Origin: a virus
Direction: 5' to 3' (one strand)
Length of the DNA stretch: 64,000 nt
Virus record (IMG/VR): IMGVR_UViG_3300035698_017111
Coordinates: 64,001 to 128,000 of that record
In this document: positions 19,895 to 28,866 of the stretch, one piece after another
How the letters are laid out: every line of letters starts with the position of its first letter
Position numbering within the stretch: position 1 is the stretch's first letter
Notes under the pieces: model-generated
What the model saw: the letters and a program-made list of their open reading frames with translations, nothing else
Databases searched by the model: none
Told to the model about the DNA's origin: nothing
Translations under genes and position numbers: made by a program

Positions 19895-20371
19895 ATGGAG
19901 AACGATATGACAAGTGAAAAATGGGAACCACTGAAAGATTTAGGACTCGATACTAATCCATGCCAAGAATGTGGTGGACGATGCTGTAAAGAAGGAGTCC
20001 ATATAGAACAAGGGAAATTCGTTCCTGGTCTAACGGAGCAAAGCATTAGATGGGCAGAGTGTTGGGAAGGTGTTGAAACATATGTGTACTCTACTCAACT
20101 TGGAAAGCTTTGGGGAATCAAGATACCAAAACTACAATGTAAACATATTGGCCAAGACGGTGGTTGTTCAATACACGAGAACAAACCACCTGCCTGTAGG
20201 GAATACTTCGGCTTGAAGCCAACTGGACCAGATCCAGACTGTCTTTTGATTCGTGAACTATTACGACAAGACAAAGTCCCATACGAAGATTGGGTAAAAC
20301 AACTTTGGCCAAAAGGATTACCACTGACCAAATGGTTGAAAGAGTTAGGAATTGTTCTTATACCGAAATGA
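19895..20371 (+). CDS. YkgJ-family CxxCxxCC zinc/iron-chelating protein
   Basis: CQECGGRCC...CKHI..CSIHENKPPACREY. Confidence 0.75.
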   Translation: MENDMTSEKWEPLKDLGLDTNPCQECGGRCCKEGVHIEQGKFVPGLTEQSIRWAECWEGVETYVYSTQLGKLWGIKIPKLQCKHIGQDGGCSIHENKPPACREYFGLKPTGPDPDCLLIRELLRQDKVPYEDWVKQLWPKGLPLTKWLKELGIVLIPK

Positions 20372-20534
20372 TTTCAACTCTTTTGCCAATATCTACAAGA
20401 ATAACCTCTCCACCCTTATAGACATCTTTCTGTAGACTCACAACTGGTGTTATTCCCCAGTCCTGATCAAAACAGACGACTTCGGTTTCTTCATCTTCAT
20501 TTTGAAGCAATTCAATAAGTTGTTTAACTTTCAT
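20358..20534 (-). CDS. small hypothetical protein
   Basis: MKVKQLIELLQ, a common phage small-protein start. Confidence 0.55.
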   Translation of the reverse strand: MKVKQLIELLQNEDEETEVVCFDQDWGITPVVSLQKDVYKGGEVILVDIGKRVEIISV

Positions 20535-20544
20535 TTGTCTATTC

Positions 20545-20889
20545 CTATTCCATGTATAGTAGAAGATATCCAGGATCTTCTGTTGTTTCTGATATTTCAG
20601 CTGCGTGAGAAAAAGCTGCGTAAAGCACATCGTGAAGTTGAACTGGAGAACCAGAGAGTCTCTCTTTGTAGTCTTCCAGTTTGTCTGGCATCCAAAACAG
20701 ATACTCAGAAGTTTCTGAATGAACAAACGTGGCATTTTGTTTCAGCCAATTTTCTATCTTGGCTTTGTCATCGGGTCCAAGGACATTAAACAATTCGCCA
20801 AGACTAAACTCATATAGATTTCTTGATCGAAATGTCATGACTCTTTCGTTCTCATCACCAGAATCAAGCGTTACAGATATTTCGTCCAT
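20545..20889 (-). CDS. hypothetical protein
   Basis: AAGGTGG RBS, 114 aa. Confidence 0.6.
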   Translation of the reverse strand: MDEISVTLDSGDENERVMTFRSRNLYEFSLGELFNVLGPDDKAKIENWLKQNATFVHSETSEYLFWMPDKLEDYKERLSGSPVQLHDVLYAAFSHAAEISETTEDPGYLLLYME

Positions 20890-21100
20890 CTTTATCCACC
20901 TTTCTATTCCATTCTAAGTATATACCAGTCTCATATCGAAGAAACTTGAAAGGGAAGAAGACATACGAACATGGTGTGTATTGTTTCTTCTTTCTATCGC
21001 CACGACTAGTACCCACACACAGAACTGGAATCCAATAAATACACTTCTTGCATGTGCAATCACTTCTTTTCGGCCATATCATATCACCTGAAAATCTCAT
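20864..21100 (-). CDS. small Cys-rich hypothetical protein
   Basis: GAGGG RBS; downstream of a TGTCG-TATAGT promoter. Confidence 0.45.
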   Translation of the reverse strand: MRFSGDMIWPKRSDCTCKKCIYWIPVLCVGTSRGDRKKKQYTPCSYVFFPFKFLRYETGIYLEWNRKVDKDGRNICNA

Positions 21101-21170
21101 TTGTCAACCCTCTTACTCCACTATACGACAAATCGTATAATGACAATAAATATACACGAAAGGAAGAAAA

Positions 21171-21590
21171 ATGGTATTTAACCTGAAAGCAGAAAAGGGT
21201 AAGAAAGTATTCCTTGGTGGAACATGTAATGAATCTACCTGGAGAGATGATCTGATTCCAGATCTGGAAATCGATTTCTTTGACCCAGTTGTTGACGATT
21301 GGGATGACGCAGCATATAAGATAGAGTTGAAGGAAAGAGAAACATGTAATTTCTGCCTCTATGTTATTACGCCAAAAATGACTGGAGTCTATTCTATTGC
21401 TGAAGTTGTTGATGATTCGAACAAAAGACCAAAGAAGACCGTATTCTGTTTTCTGAAAAAAGATGGTGATAAAACGTTTGACAAAGGACAGGTCAAGTCG
21501 TTAGAGTCAGTACAGAAGATGGTTGTCGATAACGGTGGACAGTCTTTTGAGTCGTTGGAAGAAGTGGCCAAGCATCTAAACTCTCAGTAA
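21171..21590 (+). CDS. nucleoside 2-deoxyribosyltransferase-like domain protein
   Basis: VFLGGTCNESTWRD...FFDPVVDDW...YVITPKMTGVYSIAEVVDDSNKRP. Confidence 0.7.
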   Translation: MVFNLKAEKGKKVFLGGTCNESTWRDDLIPDLEIDFFDPVVDDWDDAAYKIELKERETCNFCLYVITPKMTGVYSIAEVVDDSNKRPKKTVFCFLKKDGDKTFDKGQVKSLESVQKMVVDNGGQSFESLEEVAKHLNSQ

Positions 21591-21693
21591 TTTTGGCCGA
21601 AAGATTTTTCTTGACTTGTAGTTCACTGTCGTATATAAAGAACTGTAGATTGAGTGAAGGAAAAAAAGTTACGGCCAAAAGAGGAATTAGTAC

Positions 21694-21722
21694 TTGACTT
21701 GCCGTATAGAAAGTGTTACACT
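21694..21722 (+). promoter_or_regulatory. sigma70-type promoter for the RNA array
   Basis: TTGACT-17-TACACT. Confidence 0.65.
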
Positions 21723-21740
21723 CAATGAAGTAAAAGATTT

Positions 21741-21826
21741 AGCCAGAACTTGAAGCTGTTACAGCTTATGCAAAAAGCACTGCCCTCAATAAAGGGCGGT
21801 ACACAACAACTTCTAAGAACCTGGCT
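21741..21826 (+). ncRNA. Y-RNA-like element 1 (two-hairpin cargo)
   Basis: AGCCAG/CTGGCT stem, GAAC, inner stem, TACA, two hairpins. Confidence 0.55.
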
Positions 21827-21895
21827 TTAAAATTTATAGGAAGGGGCAGGAGATAGGGATGACAGGTAAAGGATAGAGTCCTCGGACTAAATTTT

Positions 21896-22015
21896 GACTG
21901 GAACGGATAGTCATTACAGTGATAGCTCATTTTGGTAGAGCATCGGCCTTCAACGCCGGTTGTTATAGGTTCAATTCCTATTCACCCAAACAAACTGACT
22001 CTCAATAATCCAGTC
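21896..22015 (+). ncRNA. Y-RNA-like element 2 with a nested tRNA-like core (UCA anticodon)
   Basis: GACTGG/CCAGTC and AGTCA/TGACT stems, GAAC, TACA; core 21919-21985 with D arm, CTTCAAC loop and TTCAATT T loop. Confidence 0.7.
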
Positions 22016-22056
22016 TATTAATTTTAAATAAAATAAAGAAAGAGAGAAACAAGCAA

Positions 22057-22260
22057 ATGGCAGACAAAACACCGAGTCAATTAGTTGTGTACGAGGGTGA
22101 AGACGAAGTACTTGTTACTACACTTGAAAATGAACACATTCTAATTCAAGAATTTTTCGAAGAAGGTGAAAGAGACAAAGAAGATTATGGACGAACTGTT
22201 ACAAATTTCGAATCTGTTGTCCATATCGAAACTGGTCTGTTGCAAGTTAGCACATGTTAA
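22057..22260 (+). CDS. small hypothetical protein within the RNA array
   Basis: 67 aa acidic ORF. Confidence 0.55.
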   Translation: MADKTPSQLVVYEGEDEVLVTTLENEHILIQEFFEEGERDKEDYGRTVTNFESVVHIETGLLQVSTC

Positions 22261-22265
22261 AGGTT

Positions 22266-22393
22266 TTGCTAGGAACGGCACGTTGATACAGACAAAATAG
22301 CTCAGCTGGTAGAGCTGTTGGTATTCTAACCAATAGGCGTAGGTTCAATTCCTACTCTTGTCACCTTTACTCAACTGGTAATCACCCTAGCAA
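22266..22393 (+). ncRNA. Y-RNA-like element 3 with a nested tRNA-like core (8-nt anticodon loop)
   Basis: TTGCTAGG/CCTAGCAA and GTTGA/TCAAC stems, GAAC, TACA; cloverleaf 22291-22362. Confidence 0.7.
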
Positions 22394-22400
22394 TTAAAAC

Positions 22401-22431
22401 AAGGCCCCTCAAACGAGGGGTCTTATTTTTT
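22401..22431 (+). terminator. intrinsic terminator
   Basis: AAGGCCCCTC/GAGGGGTCTT followed by a T tract. Confidence 0.75.
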
Positions 22432-22522
22432 CTTTAAGTTTCTCAGCCAAAAGACTTGACATTGACCACACAATATGTTTAGATGAAATCTGTGGCAAGA
22501 CATAAAGGAAAGGAATACCACA

Positions 22523-24193
22523 ATGACTACAGCACTAGCACCAAAAACAAGTAAGATGGTTACTGATCTGACCGAGAGAGCTTCGATTCAGGTTCCAGAA
22601 AGCGTGGACACATGGTTGAAAACCGTGGATGTTGACACTGTCGCATCTATTGTGGATCGTTTCCTCGACGTTTGTACCACAGTCACTGGACGAGCCACCC
22701 ACTACAACTCCAAAGCCGATCAAGAAAGACTCATGGCAGGATTGCATACTGAGCTTTTCGACGTTGACCGTGGTATGTATGGTCTTCTAGTGTGCCTTGA
22801 GGGTGCAATGGATATCAGTAGACAAATGGCCATGTCCAGATTGCTTGATAATCCAAGAGAAGGTGAGGCTTTGCTTACAGTACATCAGGAAAATCAACTC
22901 ATCAGTCACCTTGCACTGAGCATGCCTCCACAAAGAATGTTGAAACTCTACAAGAAATTCGTAGAGCAAAAGGTCAACAACTCTCGTGCTCGTAAACTGA
23001 TCCTTCGAACGATTATTCAGCAACCAGTTGGAAGACTGGAGCATTGGGCGGTCATGTATCGTTCCAAGTTGGCTTCGGCAATCCGACATGCACTGGGACT
23101 CAAGTCCAGTTACGTTCTGGAGAAGACTCTTGAGAGGAAACTCTCCGGTAAGAGAATGTCTACAGACCAGAATAAAACTATTCGTAAACTTGTTGGTAAG
23201 TTTATGAAAGAGATCTACGATAACAATGATACCAAGAACAAAAAGTTGGAAATCATTGGCTTTATTCTCGGCATTGAAACCGGAATGGAATTGAAGAAAA
23301 CCAAGGCATATGTTGCTGTGAAGGAAGGAAATTTCGCAGCTGGTAAAGTTCTTCCTCTCGAAACAATGGAAGGTCTCAGAAGCGTTTACCACCCAAAGAA
23401 AACGGCCAAAGACATCCTTGAACTAACCAAGGATACTATGACCAAGGGTCAGAAGATGGTTCGACAGAGACAGGCCAAAGAAGTTGGTGTTAAGATTGAC
23501 CTAGATCCAAAGCAGTACGATCCTGTCAAACTTTACATCTACTGTTACGAGCAAGGTATCGATGGCCCAATCATGAAGGCTCTTGAAGAGAAGGCACAAA
23601 GTGCCGTTAAGAACCTCCCCCTTCGTTTTGGGAAGATTGGCATCCTGCTTGACAACTCAGCTTCGATGTTTGGCCACAAGACACAAGGAAACCGTCCAAT
23701 GGCAGTTGCCTTGTCGATTCGTGACTATCTGTCGGCAGCAGCCGATGAAGCAAATGTCGAACTCGTCAACAGACCTGCGAGATTGACAAAGAAGAGAAAA
23801 GCTCTTCCTCTTCCAGAGGGTGACACTTCTCTCGCACAAGCTCTCGTTCAAATGCTTAAAGAAAAGAACGAAGCTATCTTTGTTATCAGTGATGGTTATG
23901 AGAACGCTCCGGCCGGACGTTTTGCCGAAGTTCTCAAGTTGGCCAGACAGGTCGGTGTGAAGACACCAGTGTACCAGATCAGTCCTGTTGCAGCAGCAGA
24001 AGCATCAGGTATCAAACATCTGGCACCGGGGCTCGTTGAAGCTCTTCCAGTCTCGAACGCAAATAGCCTTGGAACAACATTGTTCAAGGCACTGTTGGTG
24101 GCACGTCCCAAAGAAGGACTTCGTGTTCTTATTGGAATGGGCATGAAACAGCTTGATAACATTAAGAAGATCGATTACGAAGGGAGAAAGTAA
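22523..24193 (+). CDS. helical N-terminal domain plus vWA protein, divergent TROVE/Ro60-like
   Basis: MIDAS motifs LLDNSASM, GDT and ISDGYEN; Ro60-like size and architecture; adjacent tRNA-like RNAs. Confidence 0.6.
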   Translation: MTTALAPKTSKMVTDLTERASIQVPESVDTWLKTVDVDTVASIVDRFLDVCTTVTGRATHYNSKADQERLMAGLHTELFDVDRGMYGLLVCLEGAMDISRQMAMSRLLDNPREGEALLTVHQENQLISHLALSMPPQRMLKLYKKFVEQKVNNSRARKLILRTIIQQPVGRLEHWAVMYRSKLASAIRHALGLKSSYVLEKTLERKLSGKRMSTDQNKTIRKLVGKFMKEIYDNNDTKNKKLEIIGFILGIETGMELKKTKAYVAVKEGNFAAGKVLPLETMEGLRSVYHPKKTAKDILELTKDTMTKGQKMVRQRQAKEVGVKIDLDPKQYDPVKLYIYCYEQGIDGPIMKALEEKAQSAVKNLPLRFGKIGILLDNSASMFGHKTQGNRPMAVALSIRDYLSAAADEANVELVNRPARLTKKRKALPLPEGDTSLAQALVQMLKEKNEAIFVISDGYENAPAGRFAEVLKLARQVGVKTPVYQISPVAAAEASGIKHLAPGLVEALPVSNANSLGTTLFKALLVARPKEGLRVLIGMGMKQLDNIKKIDYEGRK

Positions 24194-24195
24194 AA

Positions 24196-25257
24196 ATGGC
24201 TAAGACGACTACCAGCATCAGAGAGGTCCTGAGAGGGACCAAAACGGGTCGTATGCAGTCTGTGGGTAGAATGCAAGTCATTCCACTCATACTGGATATG
24301 CCCGAGGACAACAGGTTTACCTCACCAGAAATTCTCTGGATTAAGAACCGTGATTACGGTAGCATTAATCTAGACAACAGAGGTGATGTGACAACGATTG
24401 CACCAGTGGGTGCTACGTATCTCACCAAACAGTCAGCACAGGATCATGCCATCATGAATGCTGAGCTTGTTAAGGCAAAATCTGGAGTTGAAGTAGATAC
24501 GGCAGCTTGTGTCCAGTCAAGCCAAGGTGGAACTATTCGTAACGAGCAAACCGAACTCTTGATTCTGCCATATGCCCTTCGAGAAGCTTCGATTGGTATG
24601 AGAAAGACCAAGAGATACAATAAACTATGGGATGATATCGGCAAGTTCAACAAACTCGCTAAATGTGGATCTGGTAGCGAGCATCTCGAATACTTCGTAA
24701 AAACGCATGAGTCCACAATGGATGATTTCGTTGCACAGTTCGAGATCGTTCCTGGACAGGTCGGAGCAATTGTTCTGATTGATGGTGAAGTCTACGGAGT
24801 TGAAAGAGCACCTAACTGTCAGTACTGGGAAGGTGTCTGGTCTCCACTGATTCGTATGTGTTACGGATCGCAGGCTATCATCGCAGATCTTGAAGACAAG
24901 GCAAAGAAGGGTCCACGTACCAGTAACGCAATGCTAAATCCCCTTCCTTCTGATGTTGAGGATCTCGATGATATCGAGGAAGCCCTCAAGGAAGCAGACG
25001 AACAGTATTCTGAAGCTTCTATGGATGTTGTTCGCAACCTTCTGGACGATGAGTTCAAGAGAGAGGATGTCGCAAGACAATCTTTCCTCACTGACGAAAA
25101 GGAGACTGTGAATCTCGACAGAGTGACCGTAAGCAACGACCAGTTCGTTGGACAGGTCTTCCAAGACGGTCCTCAGGTTTGTTACGCATCAATGGTGACG
25201 AAGAAAGGCTGGAAGAAACATGCCAGCTGGAGAGCGGCACCGGCGTTTGATGCCTGA
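24196..25257 (+). CDS. ARPP-like domain protein
   Basis: GRMQSVGRMQVIPL, QDHA, ACVQSSQGG, FVAQFE..PGQVGAIVLI. Confidence 0.55.
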   Translation: MAKTTTSIREVLRGTKTGRMQSVGRMQVIPLILDMPEDNRFTSPEILWIKNRDYGSINLDNRGDVTTIAPVGATYLTKQSAQDHAIMNAELVKAKSGVEVDTAACVQSSQGGTIRNEQTELLILPYALREASIGMRKTKRYNKLWDDIGKFNKLAKCGSGSEHLEYFVKTHESTMDDFVAQFEIVPGQVGAIVLIDGEVYGVERAPNCQYWEGVWSPLIRMCYGSQAIIADLEDKAKKGPRTSNAMLNPLPSDVEDLDDIEEALKEADEQYSEASMDVVRNLLDDEFKREDVARQSFLTDEKETVNLDRVTVSNDQFVGQVFQDGPQVCYASMVTKKGWKKHASWRAAPAFDA

Positions 25258-25275
25258 TAGACTTCCAAGCACGTA

Positions 25276-25310
25276 AAAACCCCGGCCAGTAATGACCGGG
25301 GTTTTCTTTT
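25276..25310. terminator. bidirectional intrinsic terminator
   Basis: AAAACCCCGG...CCGGGGTTTT between convergent genes. Confidence 0.75.
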
Positions 25311-25329
25311 GCTTTATATAAATCTTCTA

Positions 25330-25695
25330 TTAATTACTACTTTTAGCTCTATCGTCTTTCATGATTTCAACTTCATCAAGTTTTCCATCACGAATTACTG
25401 CTTTTAACTCCACATAACCATCACCAAACCAAAGCTCACCAGACCAATTTGTGGTTTCTGTTCTTTCATTTGTTCGTTTAAATCGACCTGCTAAATCGGT
25501 TAAATCATTCACTCCACATAGGCTTTCATCCCACTCGTAATTACACGTATTGAAAACAAGATCACCATCTTGTGTGATCTCAACTTCGTGTAGAATGTTT
25601 TCCCACGGGCCATCTTTTGTTTGCCACTGCGAATCCGTAGGGACATCGTCTGGCAAATAGTCTTCATGAATAACAAAATTATTGTACATTCCCAT
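25330..25695 (-). CDS. hypothetical protein
   Basis: MGMYNN...WQTKD, 121 aa. Confidence 0.65.
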   Translation of the reverse strand: MGMYNNFVIHEDYLPDDVPTDSQWQTKDGPWENILHEVEITQDGDLVFNTCNYEWDESLCGVNDLTDLAGRFKRTNERTETTNWSGELWFGDGYVELKAVIRDGKLDEVEIMKDDRAKSSN

Positions 25696-25707
25696 TTTAT
25701 TTCTTTC

Positions 25708-25890
25708 CTATTCTGTTTTTTCCATCAGAACATCACCATCAACAAAGAAGTCGAGAGTATCACCATCGACACCCTCTGGCCTAATGTAGAAAGTGACATT
25801 CCCATCAGCATCAACATGATGTCGAACAACATGATCTATTGTCTTTTGTTTTTTAAAATACTCTTCAAGCGTCATTCTCATCTTTATCAT
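25708..25890 (-). CDS. small hypothetical protein
   Basis: GAGGAGG RBS. Confidence 0.55.
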   Translation of the reverse strand: MIKMRMTLEEYFKKQKTIDHVVRHHVDADGNVTFYIRPEGVDGDTLDFFVDGDVLMEKTE

Positions 25891-26428
25891 CCTCCTCTTT
25901 TATTGTTCCACAAACATGAATATCTTTACTCCAAATAGATCCACAAATAATTTCATTTTTTCGTAGAAACGAAACAGTATTCCTCATTATTTCTTTAAGC
26001 TCATCTCCATAACCAAATCTTCCTTGATTATGTTCAAGACTCTTCTGAATATCCCCATCAGCATGTCTTTCGGTAGCAGCCAACCAATCACAAATCATCT
26101 CAATTAAATCAACAAGATTCATTTCTTTAATACCATTTTTGAAATGTTCTGGATGATGTCTATTGTGGGCATAGTGATGATCTAACGCCACTTGCATTTC
26201 TTTAAGATATTGCTTGTATTCGTCAGAACCATACGTTGTCTCCTTTAAAAGCGGAGTGTATTTGACAAATGTTGGGAATTCATCTTCCTTCAATTTTGTC
26301 TTGTCGTGTTCTATTGCCTTTAACCGCATCTCCATAAGAAGAATGTTGAGGAAATCCCTGACACGTTCTATATGTTGTTCTGTTTGTTGTCTTATTTCTT
26401 GTTCGTTAACATTATCAGACATTATCAA
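25865..26428 (-). CDS. DUF5662 (HD-like) family protein
   Basis: HDKTK...HHYAHNRHHPEHF...MNLVDLIEMICDW. Confidence 0.75.
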   Translation of the reverse strand: MIMSDNVNEQEIRQQTEQHIERVRDFLNILLMEMRLKAIEHDKTKLKEDEFPTFVKYTPLLKETTYGSDEYKQYLKEMQVALDHHYAHNRHHPEHFKNGIKEMNLVDLIEMICDWLAATERHADGDIQKSLEHNQGRFGYGDELKEIMRNTVSFLRKNEIICGSIWSKDIHVCGTIKEEDDKDENDA

Positions 26429-27189
26429 TCCTCTCTCAACTTTTCCATTGTAGCGAAATACTCACGAATACAATTTCCACAATGACGACAAGCTGTTGTT
26501 CCCTTCTCGCCTTCTACCTTACCACAGGAGTAAACCCAACGATTGTACTTGAACTCAGACATAACTTCTTCCCATGCTTCTGTTGTTATGGCCCAGTAGC
26601 TATTTGTGGTTCTTTTTCTGAAAACATAGTTCTCGACATGGCTCGGAGAATCATCGCCATCACCCTGTGGTATAGCATCATCACAATAATAAGCCATAAA
26701 GGTGAGAATGACGGGTACTTCTCTTTCTGAATAATGTGCTATTGCTGTTCTAACCAAATCAATATTCCATGTATTTGTCCTTATTCGAACAAACATTAGA
26801 TTATCAGGAATAATATCCAGAAGACAAACAGATTCATCGGTGTATTCGCCTGGGTTTATTGTAAGAACAACTGGACCATCAAACTCATCAAGCCCGGTTG
26901 GAATAGCAGTATTGTAAAACTTCATATCGTAGAACTGACACGAGTCCATAACAAGCTTCTTGTCCACGTTAGAATCATTACCATCGTTCACTCGAACAAT
27001 GCGACCCTCTGCGTTATACTTGTCTGGCATATTTGGCAGATTGTCTTTCAATGGCTCAAGATATGAACGGCCAGATTGAAAAAAACAATCAGGACATTCG
27101 TTGGGACATGTACCAGTTTGCGGTATTGCGGCCAGTATTCCACTGTCTTTTGTTTTTGGGTTAATTTTGTAACCCGCAGATGCTTCCAT
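26425..27189 (-). CDS. radical SAM-like Fe-S protein
   Basis: CPNECPDC (CxxxCxxC) and a C-terminal C...CRHCGNC. Confidence 0.6.
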   Translation of the reverse strand: MEASAGYKINPKTKDSGILAAIPQTGTCPNECPDCFFQSGRSYLEPLKDNLPNMPDKYNAEGRIVRVNDGNDSNVDKKLVMDSCQFYDMKFYNTAIPTGLDEFDGPVVLTINPGEYTDESVCLLDIIPDNLMFVRIRTNTWNIDLVRTAIAHYSEREVPVILTFMAYYCDDAIPQGDGDDSPSHVENYVFRKRTTNSYWAITTEAWEEVMSEFKYNRWVYSCGKVEGEKGTTACRHCGNCIREYFATMEKLRED

Positions 27190-27260
27190 AGTATTTCTCC
27201 TTTTATGTTACTATACGACATTATACCCAGTAACTTAAGAAAAAACCTTCATAATAGCAT

Positions 27261-27293
27261 AAGAAAAGGGTGATGATCCGAAGACCATCACCC
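27261..27293 (-). terminator. terminator of the capsid operon
   Basis: GGGTGATGGTC-TTCG-GATCATCACCC-TTTTCTT on the minus strand. Confidence 0.75.
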
Positions 27294-27322
27294 CATAGAT
27301 GACTATAAACACTGGGTTTAGA

Positions 27323-28195
27323 TTACGATGTTGCTGTAACGTTAACCTTAGCGATTGCATAATCATTAATAACAATAATTCCTAATTCCTCATATATAAC
27401 CCACCCTAATCTAAGCTCTCTTGGGTTATCTGCGGGAAGGACGGTGATGTCCTGACGGACTGGGATTGCACCGACATACTCGGCTGGTGCAAGGAGATAC
27501 ACGCTACCAGGTGTGACCCTGTGCGAAACGTGGATATCTGCAGTCCAGATGTGTCCGAATAGACCACTCATAAGAACGTCACGTCTTGTTGCTTCGTCGA
27601 ACACATCACGTCCGAAAAGACGGACATCAGCATACTGCTGAGGATGCATAACGATTTTTGCAACGGTCAAGTCATGCGACTCGATTAGAGAGAAAGCATA
27701 ATTCAGTGATGCGACCTGAAGGTCACCCGACTGGGTGATTGTCTGATTTGTTCTAACTGCGGCGTTAATATCAGTAAGAATTTCAGTATCTTCCAGTTTT
27801 TGAATAGCTTCCTTTGCCTTCATTTGTGCCCTATCAACGATATAAAAACGACGGGCCTTGATCTCACTCAAACGGATCTGAGGATTGACAGCGATTTCAA
27901 ACGTGGGAACCAAGACTTCCTCACCTTCGGTGATTCTATCTGGGACTGCACCACGACGAGAGATAACGTATGCAACACTTGCAACGTCTTTCTCGTAGCG
28001 GGCGAGTGCCCCTTGGGGCAACTCGTCAACCATCAAAAGCTTACGTCCAATTGCCTGGTATTCCAATGCACGTTTGATTGGTTCTACCATGGCTTGAGCG
28101 AGAGCAACACGACCTTCCGGCGTCTCCAACGCTTGGGCGATGACAGCCTCACGCTGTTCATCAGTATAGTTGGATTTTAACATAGCCATTGTCAT
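27323..28195 (-). CDS. major capsid protein (HK97/encapsulin-like fold)
   Basis: ALAQAMVEPIKRALEYQAIGRKLLMVDELPQGALARYEKD, PTFEIAVNP, RLGWVIYEELG; AAGGAG RBS at 28195; last gene of the head module. Confidence 0.85.
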   Translation of the reverse strand: MTMAMLKSNYTDEQREAVIAQALETPEGRVALAQAMVEPIKRALEYQAIGRKLLMVDELPQGALARYEKDVASVAYVISRRGAVPDRITEGEEVLVPTFEIAVNPQIRLSEIKARRFYIVDRAQMKAKEAIQKLEDTEILTDINAAVRTNQTITQSGDLQVASLNYAFSLIESHDLTVAKIVMHPQQYADVRLFGRDVFDEATRRDVLMSGLFGHIWTADIHVSHRVTPGSVYLLAPAEYVGAIPVRQDITVLPADNPRELRLGWVIYEELGIIVINDYAIAKVNVTATS

Positions 28196-28266
28196 AAGCT
28201 CCTTTTGTGTAAAATGTGAAAGTTTTTTTATACAGACCTTTCTATGATCTGTTTCAATCAACAAAC

Positions 28267-28836
28267 TTAGACCGTAAGTTTGATTTTAACCCACGTTCTC
28301 GGAGTATCATCCGATGCGAGGTTAGATGTAAGGGGTTCGTACTCTCCGGGGATTCCACCGTCGAGAGCAGCTGCAGCGGTAACACAAACAGCAACAGTAA
28401 CTGTGCTTGTAGATGTGTGTGTCAACTTACCAGCGGTTGCACCAGAGCTATTCTCTGTGTAGAGAACGGTACCTGGAGTTGTGGTAGCACCAGTCGAGAT
28501 AACACCAGAAATGGTAGAACCAGCTGGTGTCTGAAGTGCACTATCATCAACGTCAACGAAAAATTCGCCGCCACTGTGATAGATGGTCATCATGCCGCTT
28601 GCACGAGTATCGTTACCAGAGTCACTGACACGGTTCACCCACTCATATGCTTCACTTGCACGATTTCTATCGCCAGCAAGACCGATACATGCGATGTCGG
28701 ATCCATATGCTCTAACAGCTTGACCATCAGAGTTAAGACCAACAGCCATACCCGACTCGAAGTCGTTAGTGTTTGTCGTAATCGTTGCACTAATGGGAAC
28801 CATAGATGAAACGACGTGGTAGACAGGAATAATCAT
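28267..28836 (-). CDS. putative head decoration/cement protein
   Basis: Position before the MCP; GMAVGL, IGLAGD, SGMMTIYH; AGGAGG RBS. Confidence 0.55.
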   Translation of the reverse strand: MIIPVYHVVSSMVPISATITTNTNDFESGMAVGLNSDGQAVRAYGSDIACIGLAGDRNRASEAYEWVNRVSDSGNDTRASGMMTIYHSGGEFFVDVDDSALQTPAGSTISGVISTGATTTPGTVLYTENSSGATAGKLTHTSTSTVTVAVCVTAAAALDGGIPGEYEPLTSNLASDDTPRTWVKIKLTV

Positions 28837-28866
28837 TTTCTTCTTCCTCCTTGGGAATTCCACACC

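Noticed and set aside
21919-21988. tRNA-Sec or a standard tRNA gene
   Set aside because: It has no long variable arm, only a 4-bp acceptor, and is embedded in a larger scaffold.
22291-22365. Amber suppressor tRNA (CTA)
   Set aside because: The loop is 8 nt (TATTCTAA) and CTA is not in the anticodon register, so its identity is ambiguous.
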